In this document: positions 55,380-62,894 of the stretch, piece by piece | Layout of the letters: each line of letters starts with the position of its first letter | How positions within the stretch are numbered: the first letter of the stretch is position 1 | Position numbers and translations under genes: made by a program | Sequence record: PZ809289.1 | Origin: a phage | DNA length: 64,000 bases | Direction: 5' to 3' (one strand) | The notes under the pieces: generated by a model | Database searches by the model: none | What the model was told of the DNA's origin: nothing | Seen by the model: the letters and a program-made list of their open reading frames with translations, nothing else

Positions 55380-55812
55380 GATTAACAGAAATTTAGTTAT
55401 CAAAAAACTTCGTTGTAAAAATCCAAATGCACAAGCATACAGGATGTTTTGGAGCGACGACCACCAATACCTGGGTTATTTTCTTGTTGATAGCGATGAT
55501 CGAATTACAATGGCTCATAAACTTCTTAACAGAGAATTAAACCATTGGCAAGAACTTATCGCGGTGAGGTCTAAATTATTTTCGTGCAATACAATGCACC
55601 AATTGGTTTATTTTTTCGCTGAAGGTATTCCTGACAAGGTTGAGTTTGATGGATTCGAATTTAAAGACATCCTCCCAGACAACGAATTGAACGACCGCGT
55701 TAATATGGACATCCCTAGCAAGTATATCAAAAACAGTCTGTTGAAAATTCTGGAAGCTCCGGTTTATTCAATAGATGACCAGATTTTTAATGCCTTTATG
55801 AATCGAGGTTAA
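55372..55812 (+). CDS. hypothetical protein
   Basis: GTG start 55372 overlapping preceding stop; 146 aa. Confidence 0.45.
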   Translation: MNKINRNLVIKKLRCKNPNAQAYRMFWSDDHQYLGYFLVDSDDRITMAHKLLNRELNHWQELIAVRSKLFSCNTMHQLVYFFAEGIPDKVEFDGFEFKDILPDNELNDRVNMDIPSKYIKNSLLKILEAPVYSIDDQIFNAFMNRG

Positions 55813-55813
55813 T

Positions 55814-56035
55814 ATGTTTGTCTTAACTCAATTCTCTAAAGCGGTGTATAGTTACTCTTGTCAGTGGGAAGTCTTTATCGATTCTCCTTCACCTAAGTAT
55901 GGTGTTTTTGGACGAGTAACTACTCAAGCTTATGTCGCACGGCCGACTAAGCGCCAGCTTCGTAAACTTAAAAAGGCCCATCGCCAACTGATTGAGAGAA
56001 GGGAACAATATGAGTGCAATGTGTACGGGCTCTAA
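55814..56035 (+). CDS. hypothetical basic protein
   Basis: SD GAGG; 73 aa. Confidence 0.45.
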   Translation: MFVLTQFSKAVYSYSCQWEVFIDSPSPKYGVFGRVTTQAYVARPTKRQLRKLKKAHRQLIERREQYECNVYGL

Positions 56036-56201
56036 GATTTCTGTATTCGAATTATTCGAAGAGTATGAAATCGTATCAAAGGACCAAGAAGCTATCCATA
56101 TTATTGCCGGTGATGGTGTGACTTGGATTATTCCACTTTACCACGAAGATACGTACGAAGTCACTGATGCAAATGGTGATAAAGCTATTTTCGTAATATA
56201 A
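56010..56201 (+). CDS. hypothetical protein
   Basis: ATG 56010 after GAAGGGAA; overlaps preceding ORF in another frame. Confidence 0.4.
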   Translation: MSAMCTGSKISVFELFEEYEIVSKDQEAIHIIAGDGVTWIIPLYHEDTYEVTDANGDKAIFVI

Positions 56202-56204
56202 ATA
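56197..56204 (+). promoter_or_regulatory. late promoter TATAAATA
   Basis: Exact TATAAATA 14 nt upstream of a 54-codon ORF. Confidence 0.5.
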
Positions 56205-56217
56205 AGGCCAGGAGCCT

Positions 56218-56382
56218 ATGAAATCTTTTAAAGAAGTTATGAACGAAGATATGGTCGCAGGCGATGCAGGTGGAAACCCATCTAATATTGCCTCCGGAAC
56301 TACCTCAGGCGCAGTCGTCAACAAAGGGCCTGAACAAATCCCATCTAAAAAGCGTAAAGAAAAATCCGAAAACGAATGATAT
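56218..56382 (+). CDS. small late protein (54 aa), Gly/Ser-rich
   Basis: Not in track; late promoter plus SD GGAGCC; MKSFKEVMNEDMVAGDAGGNP... Confidence 0.4.
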
Positions 56383-56417
56383 AATGGCTCTATTAATTTA
56401 GAGCCCAAGGAAAAATA

Positions 56418-57446
56418 ATGTCATATGTCGATAGAGAATTTGCTGTACGTGCCTTGAATTATCAACCTAAATTCAGACAAGTAACTGGTAGTGATTTTAA
56501 ATTAAACTGTCGTTGTCGTGTATGTGGCGACTCCCTAAAAGATGAGAACAAAGCTCGTTTTTGGGCCTATCCGGCCAATGACGGCTCCGTAATGCTGCAC
56601 TGTTTTAACTGTGACTATTCAGCAGGAATTAAGAAGTATCTATACGAATATGAGCCTGATTTATATCGAGAATATATTCTTGAGAAACATAAAGAGCAAT
56701 CGTTCGGGAGACAAGCTGCACCTAAGGTGGAGATATCAGAAAAGATTAAAGCCAAGATGCCTGTCATCGAAAAGCTTAATTTCTGTGAACGTCTGGATAG
56801 AATGCCAAAGGACCATCCTATTATCAAATATGTGACGTTACGCTGCATTCCTGAAAACAAATGGAACCGGCTGTGGTTTACTAAAGAATGGCCGGCATTG
56901 GTGAACTCTGTCAATCCAGGGACCTATTCTAAAGAAATGCCTGAGCCTCGTTTGGTTATTCCAATTTTCAATAAGAATAAACAAATTGAAAGTTTTCAGG
57001 GTCGAGCCTTACGTAAAGATGCTCCACAAAAATATATTACAATAAAAGCTCATGACCAAGCTACAAAAATATATGGAATGGATACAGTTGACGAACGTCA
57101 GTTGGTGTGGGTAATGGAAGGCCCTATTGACTCTTTGTTTGTTCCGAATGCAATAGCAATTACTGGCGGGTCGTTGGACTTGGCTATGGTTCCATGTAAA
57201 GAAACTCGTGCCTGGGTAATGGACAATGAACCCCGCCATCCTGACACAATTAAGCGTATGCAACGATTAGTTGATGCTGGCGAAAGGGTTCTATTCTGGG
57301 ACAAGGCTCCATGGCCTTCTAAAGATATAAATGATATGATTATGAAAGATAAAGCTGATATAAATGATGTACTGGCATATATGAAAGCTAATATAGCCCA
57401 AGGTTTAATGGCAAAAATGAGACTTTCAAAATATTCTAAAATTTAG
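56418..57446 (+). CDS. 61: DNA primase gp61
   Basis: Zinc ribbon CRCRVCGDS...HCFNC, TOPRIM-like EGPIDS, DNEPRHPD; colinear with T4 gp61. Confidence 0.95.
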   Translation: MSYVDREFAVRALNYQPKFRQVTGSDFKLNCRCRVCGDSLKDENKARFWAYPANDGSVMLHCFNCDYSAGIKKYLYEYEPDLYREYILEKHKEQSFGRQAAPKVEISEKIKAKMPVIEKLNFCERLDRMPKDHPIIKYVTLRCIPENKWNRLWFTKEWPALVNSVNPGTYSKEMPEPRLVIPIFNKNKQIESFQGRALRKDAPQKYITIKAHDQATKIYGMDTVDERQLVWVMEGPIDSLFVPNAIAITGGSLDLAMVPCKETRAWVMDNEPRHPDTIKRMQRLVDAGERVLFWDKAPWPSKDINDMIMKDKADINDVLAYMKANIAQGLMAKMRLSKYSKI

Positions 57447-57643
57447 GCAGGAACTCCGCTAAAGAATCCAATTATGCTTAATACGTGTTCCATTGTAACC
57501 GCTGGTAAAATTATCCCTTGGCTAGCGGCTACAGGGACTACTAGAAGATTCCAAAGGAATACGTCTAGCGCAAGAAAACCTAACATCATTTTCTTGTCTT
57601 TCTTTTCAGCCAATTTCCAGATTTGGTAAAAAATACTGCCCAT
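57443..57643 (-). CDS. small membrane protein on the opposite strand
   Basis: Minus-strand ATG preceded by AGGAGG at 5 nt spacing; 66 aa with hydrophobic helices; convergent with gene 61. Confidence 0.5.
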   Translation of the reverse strand: MGSIFYQIWKLAEKKDKKMMLGFLALDVFLWNLLVVPVAASQGIILPAVTMEHVLSIIGFFSGVPA

Positions 57644-57734
57644 GTTATCCTCCTGTTAAAATAATATTTATTCGCTTTAATCTAACAGTTTATAATTATC
57701 TAACTTACTAATGAATTGAAAAGGAAAAAATATA

Positions 57735-58256
57735 ATGGCACACTTTAACGAATGCTCACAACTTATTGCTGGTGTTGATAAAGCTGAGGAAGCTTATTTT
57801 AATGCTCTGATTCACGAAGATAAAGACCCTCTGCAGGTTATGCTTGATATGCAGAAATCATTACAAGTCCGTTTGGCTAAAGATAAACCTGAATATAACC
57901 GTCATCCTGATGACTTGGCTACTGCAGGTGAAGTTGTTGATTGGTTGCGCAATCAGAAAGATTATATTGATGATGAATTCCGCGAACTTCTGACTTCTCT
58001 TGGTGGCATGAGCAATGGCGAAAAAGATGCGAGCGCTGTATGGAAGCCTTGGAAAGCTCAACATGCTGAACGTCGTGAAACCCTGATTAACGATTTGTCT
58101 CCTGAAGACCAGCTCGAAATTAAATTCGAAATGATTGATATTCTGCACTTTGTTCTGAATATGTTCCAAGGTCTTGGACTGACTGCTGAAGAAATCTTTA
58201 AACTGTATTACCTGAAAAATGCCGAGAACTTTGCTCGCCAGGACCGAGGTTATTAA
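57735..58256 (+). CDS. 56: dCTPase gp56-like (all-alpha NTP pyrophosphatase)
   Basis: 173 aa; synteny between 61 and soc; acidic helical sequence as expected for the MazG-like fold. Confidence 0.6.
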   Translation: MAHFNECSQLIAGVDKAEEAYFNALIHEDKDPLQVMLDMQKSLQVRLAKDKPEYNRHPDDLATAGEVVDWLRNQKDYIDDEFRELLTSLGGMSNGEKDASAVWKPWKAQHAERRETLINDLSPEDQLEIKFEMIDILHFVLNMFQGLGLTAEEIFKLYYLKNAENFARQDRGY

Positions 58257-58258
58257 GT

Positions 58259-58266
58259 TATAAATA
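58259..58266 (+). promoter_or_regulatory. late promoter TATAAATA upstream of soc
   Basis: Exact TATAAATA about 30 nt upstream of soc ATG. Confidence 0.6.
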
Positions 58267-58297
58267 CACCTGTAATTAAACAACAAAGGAGTTAATT

Positions 58298-58531
58298 ATG
58301 GGTGGTTTCGTTAATATCAAAACCTTTACGCATCCGGCTGGTGAAGGTAAAGAAGTTAAAGGTGTTGAAGTATCTGTCCCGTTTGAAATCTATTCAAACG
58401 AGCATCGTATTGCGAATGCACACTATCAGACATTTCCTTCTGAAAAGGCGGCATACACTACTGTAGTAACTGATGCAGCCGATTGGCGAACTAAGAACGC
58501 GGCGATGTTTACGCCTACCCCAGTAGTTTAA
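58298..58531 (+). CDS. soc: small outer capsid protein Soc
   Basis: VNIKTF...HYQTFPSEKAAYTTV matches T4 Soc; late promoter upstream. Confidence 0.85.
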   Translation: MGGFVNIKTFTHPAGEGKEVKGVEVSVPFEIYSNEHRIANAHYQTFPSEKAAYTTVVTDAADWRTKNAAMFTPTPVV

Positions 58532-58537
58532 TTATAA

Positions 58538-58561
58538 GGAACCTTCGGGTTCCTTTTTTGG
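58538..58561 (+). terminator. intrinsic terminator (same hairpin as 23531)
   Basis: AGGAACC-TTCG-GGTTCCT followed by TTTTTT. Confidence 0.65.
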
Positions 58562-58625
58562 TTTTAAGGGTTTACTTTCTAAGAAGGTTATGTTAAGATG
58601 GTCTTATCTTATAGAGGAGAATGCT

Positions 58626-58835
58626 ATGTTAAATCGTTGGATTAAACCAAATAAAACTTTAGATGAAATTATCGCTAACCACGTATTGAAAAAGTACTTT
58701 TATACGCCTTGGTATACCGAAGTTATTGTCCATTCATTTATGATGCATGAAGACGGTTCTATCGAATTTAATGCCGAAATCCGTCACGAGACTGATGATA
58801 TTGATAAAGTTGAATTTAAACGAGGTTTCCTATGA
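58626..58835 (+). CDS. hypothetical protein
   Basis: ATG 58626 after GGAGAATGCT. Confidence 0.45.
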   Translation: MLNRWIKPNKTLDEIIANHVLKKYFYTPWYTEVIVHSFMMHEDGSIEFNAEIRHETDDIDKVEFKRGFL

Positions 58836-59155
58836 TTCGTTGGCTTAAGAATTTTTTCAAGACCAAACCTGGTGAAGGGGTGGTTCCTATCTCAGGTCTG
58901 AAGGAATATGTTTATGTGGGCGATGGTATGATGGAAGAAGTTATCCGTCAACCTGAAAAAGCCGGTAATGTAGGCCCGGGTGCCCTTCCTTTGAATTCTA
59001 AAAAGTTTAAAGAGCATCTAGAAGCTCGTCGCACAAGCCATATTGATACTACTCCTATTATGGTTGCGGCTGCTGTCAGTTCTTGGACTGGTGATTCTTC
59101 TTATTCGTCTTATGACTCAGGAAGCTGTGACTCATCGTCCGGCTCGTGTGATTAA
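58832..59155 (+). CDS. hypothetical protein with Ser/Cys-rich C-terminal tail
   Basis: ATGA overlap; tail SSWTGDSSYSSYDSGSCDSSSGSCD. Confidence 0.5.
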   Translation: MIRWLKNFFKTKPGEGVVPISGLKEYVYVGDGMMEEVIRQPEKAGNVGPGALPLNSKKFKEHLEARRTSHIDTTPIMVAAAVSSWTGDSSYSSYDSGSCDSSSGSCD

Positions 59156-59355
59156 TGAAACCTTTATCATGGCTTAAAGATTGGCTGGACCGTCCTGGTG
59201 ATTATCTTGATGACGGGTGGTTGGACCAAGCTAATGCAGAAATGAAACGCGAGTCCGAAGAATGGATTCTTAAAGGTATCCGTGAAGAACGCGAAAAGAA
59301 ATTAGAACGCGAAGCTCTTAGAATTATGCGTGACATCTATGGGGATAAATCATGA
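59155..59355 (+). CDS. hypothetical protein
   Basis: TAATG overlap; 66 aa. Confidence 0.45.
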   Translation: MKPLSWLKDWLDRPGDYLDDGWLDQANAEMKRESEEWILKGIREEREKKLEREALRIMRDIYGDKS

Positions 59356-59519
59356 CTACTGAAGAGGCCGAAAAACAAGCTAAAGAGGCACTGGATTTGC
59401 TTCTTAAAATTGGTAGTAAAATGATGGAAGAAAACGAGAAATACATCCAAGAAAATAAAATTCCGGATGGTCCTTTAGTAGGTAAACTAAAAAGAGGAAA
59501 ACATAATGAAAGTCTATGA
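59352..59519 (+). CDS. small protein (55 aa)
   Basis: Not in track; ATGA overlap with preceding stop. Confidence 0.3.
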   Translation: MTTEEAEKQAKEALDLLLKIGSKMMEENEKYIQENKIPDGPLVGKLKRGKHNESL

Positions 59520-59994
59520 ACTCGAATTCTTTGTTCGTGATTCTGCCGGACAAACGCGACCTTATGATGCTACAGTGGGTCTTATCTTTGTCGACAATGG
59601 TACGAATTCTATAACCCAGCTAGAAACACGATTAAAAGATATTAAGCCACCAGAAAATATTCTAATGAAGGCATATCATAATAAAAATGTTGATGTTGCT
59701 GAGGGTTGTCCTTTTAGCCTGGCTGAAGCATTACATATCAAGGGTTATCGCCATCCGGACCCGTATGGCGAAGGAACAATGGACATTTTCTATAAAGATA
59801 CCGATAGAATGTCCAACGAACGTCTTAAAGGTCGTACTTATCTGATTTCCGCTACCGAAGGCCTTATTGAAGTTGAACGTCAGATTTGGAAGCACTTTGA
59901 TATTGGATTGCGCTTTACCATGACTGAAGACGCTATTCGTGATGCTAAGGCGAGAGCTCGTATGTATGGCTATGGTCCTATCGGTGGTTACTAA
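59506..59994 (+). CDS. hypothetical protein
   Basis: SD AAGAGGAAA; 162 aa. Confidence 0.55.
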   Translation: MKVYELEFFVRDSAGQTRPYDATVGLIFVDNGTNSITQLETRLKDIKPPENILMKAYHNKNVDVAEGCPFSLAEALHIKGYRHPDPYGEGTMDIFYKDTDRMSNERLKGRTYLISATEGLIEVERQIWKHFDIGLRFTMTEDAIRDAKARARMYGYGPIGGY

Positions 59995-60182
59995 TGGACT
60001 TGTTTGATATGTTTGTCATTCCGGACCCTGAGCCTGAAACAACTCAGGAGCCGCCTGTTGACCTTGTCAACGAACTTGATATGATTATACAGAAGCACGG
60101 TTTTAAGTTGCCTAAAGAGGTCCTTAGTGACCTTGCTTCTTATTACTTAGACCCTCCACCTTGGGCTCCTTGGGTAAAATAA
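59994..60182 (+). CDS. small acidic protein
   Basis: TAATG overlap. Confidence 0.4.
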   Translation: MDLFDMFVIPDPEPETTQEPPVDLVNELDMIIQKHGFKLPKEVLSDLASYYLDPPPWAPWVK

Positions 60183-60415
60183 TGAATTGGCTAACTAATA
60201 TACCTACATCGGCGTTGGATATCGACCGTAAACAGGCTCGTAATGAAATCGAGCAAAAAAATATTCAGGCGAAAGCCCCTAAGATTGAAGCTGAGAAGCC
60301 AGAAACAAAAAGCTCGTATGAATCAAAAAGCTCCTATACTTCATATACCCAATCCTCATTAGGCATGGCTGCTGACATTGCAGTGTTTGGCGTCCCACTT
60401 GGTGTGTTTAAGTAG
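60181..60415 (+). CDS. hypothetical protein
   Basis: ATG 60181 overlapping preceding stop; C-terminal hydrophobic segment. Confidence 0.4.
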
Positions 60416-60467
60416 TTTACACCTCCTCCCTTCATGTTATAATGACCTCTAAATCGCTGGAGGTCAT

Positions 60468-61037
60468 ATGAACATCGAACAAAAATGTCTTTATCAAGAC
60501 CGAATCAATTCCAAATTTTCAAAATCTGAACAAGCCTTGTTAGAGAAATGTCTGGATGCCAAAAAAGACCCTAACTTCCATTACGACCTTGACAAACTGG
60601 TTCGTAAGCATGTTACTTCGGCCGTTCCTGTAGAGCTTTATCGCGGGATTACCGCCAGAGAACTTGAGCAATTAGAGCTCCTTTCAGTAGGATGTCAATG
60701 GTCTCCTGGTCGAGTTACTTCTTTTAGTACACAATACTCTCAGGCTCGTCAGTTTGCAGGGGCATGGGAATATGGAACCAAAACCATTTTAAGTCTCAGG
60801 AATGCACCGTTCATTTTCGACTACTACAATCATGCTATCGACCTTGTTCTTGCTGGGAATGTAGACGCCCTTGAAATTGATGAAACTCGTATTGATCTCT
60901 ATGATATGGTCGAAACTGAATGTGAGTTCATGGTCTCTAGCCAATCGCGATTTGAGATTGTTGCAATCGAAACCGTCAAAAGAGACCCATATGAAATCGA
61001 GTACAAAACAATTCATTTAAAAATGTTGGATTTTTAG
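60468..61037 (+). CDS. ADP-ribosyltransferase (ModA/ModB family)
   Basis: R-S-EXE triad: LYRG, SFSTQ, ECEF; 189 aa; SD GGAGG. Confidence 0.75.
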   Translation: MNIEQKCLYQDRINSKFSKSEQALLEKCLDAKKDPNFHYDLDKLVRKHVTSAVPVELYRGITARELEQLELLSVGCQWSPGRVTSFSTQYSQARQFAGAWEYGTKTILSLRNAPFIFDYYNHAIDLVLAGNVDALEIDETRIDLYDMVETECEFMVSSQSRFEIVAIETVKRDPYEIEYKTIHLKMLDF

Positions 61038-61091
61038 TTTACAGGCAAGGAAGCTTGTGGTACTATCTTTCTATCAACTGAGGAGAATAAT

Positions 61092-61706
61092 ATGTTATAT
61101 CCGAGCCATAAATTAGCAGAATTTATCAACAATGCCAAATGCGATGATTTCCGTGAGAATACTCAGATAGAAATTGATGAAGTGTATTCTGATTTAGAAC
61201 AGAGTACCCTCTGGCAGTGCATGGAAAATAAACCAGATTGTATCCAGGAAACTCTGAACAAAATCATCCGTAAGAACCTGACTTCTGTAGTGCCTGATAA
61301 GCTCTATCGCGGCATATCTAAAAAGACTATGAAGTATCTAGAGTCCACAATGTGTGTAGGTGCGGTAATTGAATTCGACCGCGTGATGAGCTTCTCTAAA
61401 GACTTCAACGTGGCAAGGAATTTCGCATCTTATAACTTCTACGGCACATTTAATATCTTTTGTATTAATGATGCACCATTTGTGTACAATTATCAGGAAG
61501 AAATCTTTAAAATGTTATGTGCTGCGCCCCCTGAAGAGTTCCCAGGAGCATTTCCTGAATCTACCCGTGTAGCAAACTTACAATTAATCAATGATGAAGA
61601 TGAGATGATGTTCCCTGCGGGAACTACGCTGCGCGTAGACTCTATTGAGAGAAATCCTAAATGGAATAATTACACCATTTGGAATCTTTCCGTTCTTTCT
61701 TACTGA
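61092..61706 (+). CDS. ADP-ribosyltransferase (ModA/ModB family), second copy
   Basis: LYRG, SFSKDF, EDEMMF; 204 aa; SD GAGGAG. Confidence 0.75.
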   Translation: MLYPSHKLAEFINNAKCDDFRENTQIEIDEVYSDLEQSTLWQCMENKPDCIQETLNKIIRKNLTSVVPDKLYRGISKKTMKYLESTMCVGAVIEFDRVMSFSKDFNVARNFASYNFYGTFNIFCINDAPFVYNYQEEIFKMLCAAPPEEFPGAFPESTRVANLQLINDEDEMMFPAGTTLRVDSIERNPKWNNYTIWNLSVLSY

Positions 61707-61774
61707 ACCACCCGGTTTAATTGAAAGGCAAAGTCCTTGATTCATTATACCGTCGAAAATTTAAAGCAAAAAGT

Positions 61775-61803
61775 GTTTACTTTACCGAGCAACATGATAC
61801 TAT
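61775..61803 (+). promoter_or_regulatory. early promoter cassette
   Basis: GTTTAC 61775-61780, TACTAT 61798-61803, AGACCTATCAG. Confidence 0.6.
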
Positions 61804-61843
61804 AGACCTATCAGCTAATCGTCCGTAAGATGAGAAAAATATT

Positions 61844-62593
61844 ATGCCTACTATTAAAACTAACGATGAATTTGAGTTAAAGGTTTACAAACGTCGCGAA
61901 CACACTAAAGCCTCTGCCAAAAAACGTGGTAAGGACTTTAACCTGTCTAGTAAGTACGTTCGTAGACTTCTTGAACAAAAAGTGTGTGCATATTCAGGCG
62001 AGCGCTTTGATGAGAATTCAGATAAAGATAAGATTTCGTTTGAACGCTTTAACAACGATATAGGTTATATCGAAGGTAATGTAATCCCGGTTAAAGTTAA
62101 GTACAACGGGTTGCGAGCTGATTTGTCTTTAGATGAATTGAAACGTGCACAGACTCGTTTAGCGTCCCGTATTTCAGGTGGTTCTAAAATGCCTAATAGT
62201 TTTAAAGTTACCCCAGATAATTATTATAAAATTCGTAAAATAGTTAAAAATATTAAAGATACCCAAAGAGGTCTTAAAAAGCGTGAAAAACGTCTTAAGG
62301 ACCTTATTAAATCAGGAGCCACTGATAATACCCCTTCTGTCATCGCGGTTAAGGCCCGTATCCATGGTTCTAACGCTTCAATAGGTACTATGGAAAAGGG
62401 TCTTAAATCTTTAATTGGTGGGCCTGATTGGCGTGTCAAGTTTAAATTGTCTGAAGCAGAAACGCGTTACGATATGTATGATAAAATTATTCAAGGTCTG
62501 GAGCGTTTAGAACACCTTTCTTTTATTGACAAAATGAAGTTGAAAAAAGGTCTTCCGCTGAATGCTTCAATTTTTTCACTGATTAGAGGTTAA
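61844..62593 (+). CDS. HNH-like (Mob-type) homing endonuclease-related protein
   Basis: CAYSG...ISFERFNNDIGYIEGNV resembles the HNH core with His positions substituted; basic C-terminus. Confidence 0.4.
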   Translation: MPTIKTNDEFELKVYKRREHTKASAKKRGKDFNLSSKYVRRLLEQKVCAYSGERFDENSDKDKISFERFNNDIGYIEGNVIPVKVKYNGLRADLSLDELKRAQTRLASRISGGSKMPNSFKVTPDNYYKIRKIVKNIKDTQRGLKKREKRLKDLIKSGATDNTPSVIAVKARIHGSNASIGTMEKGLKSLIGGPDWRVKFKLSEAETRYDMYDKIIQGLERLEHLSFIDKMKLKKGLPLNASIFSLIRG

Positions 62594-62597
62594 CGTG

Positions 62598-62894
62598 ATG
62601 TACTATGCATACGTATTAGTTCACAAGGACAAAGACGGGTACGAAATTCCATTAGAAGAGGCCGGTGAAGTGACTTTGTATTCGACAAAGATTGGAGCCG
62701 ATACCGCTCTATCCGTTTATGAAATGTCAACAAAAAGATATCTTCGGCTTGGACGCCTTGAAACGGTGTGCACACCTAGAAAATGGTGGTTTGATAAGTG
62801 GGAAACTAAAACAGTATATCCTACCGAAGAACGAGCCCGAGAACTTAAATTAGTTTTAGACACTTTATATGTTAAGCGAGTAAAATTGGCATGA
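62598..62894 (+). CDS. hypothetical protein (dda.1 position)
   Basis: ATG 62598; 98 aa. Confidence 0.45.
   Translation: MYYAYVLVHKDKDGYEIPLEEAGEVTLYSTKIGADTALSVYEMSTKRYLRLGRLETVCTPRKWWFDKWETKTVYPTEERARELKLVLDTLYVKRVKLA

Noticed and set aside
400-61803. Repeated about 30-70 nt promoter cassettes as a possible CRISPR array
   Set aside because: Repeats are dispersed at gene boundaries over 60 kb, separated by coding sequence, and contain sigma70-type -35/-10 elements; not regularly spaced repeat-spacer units.
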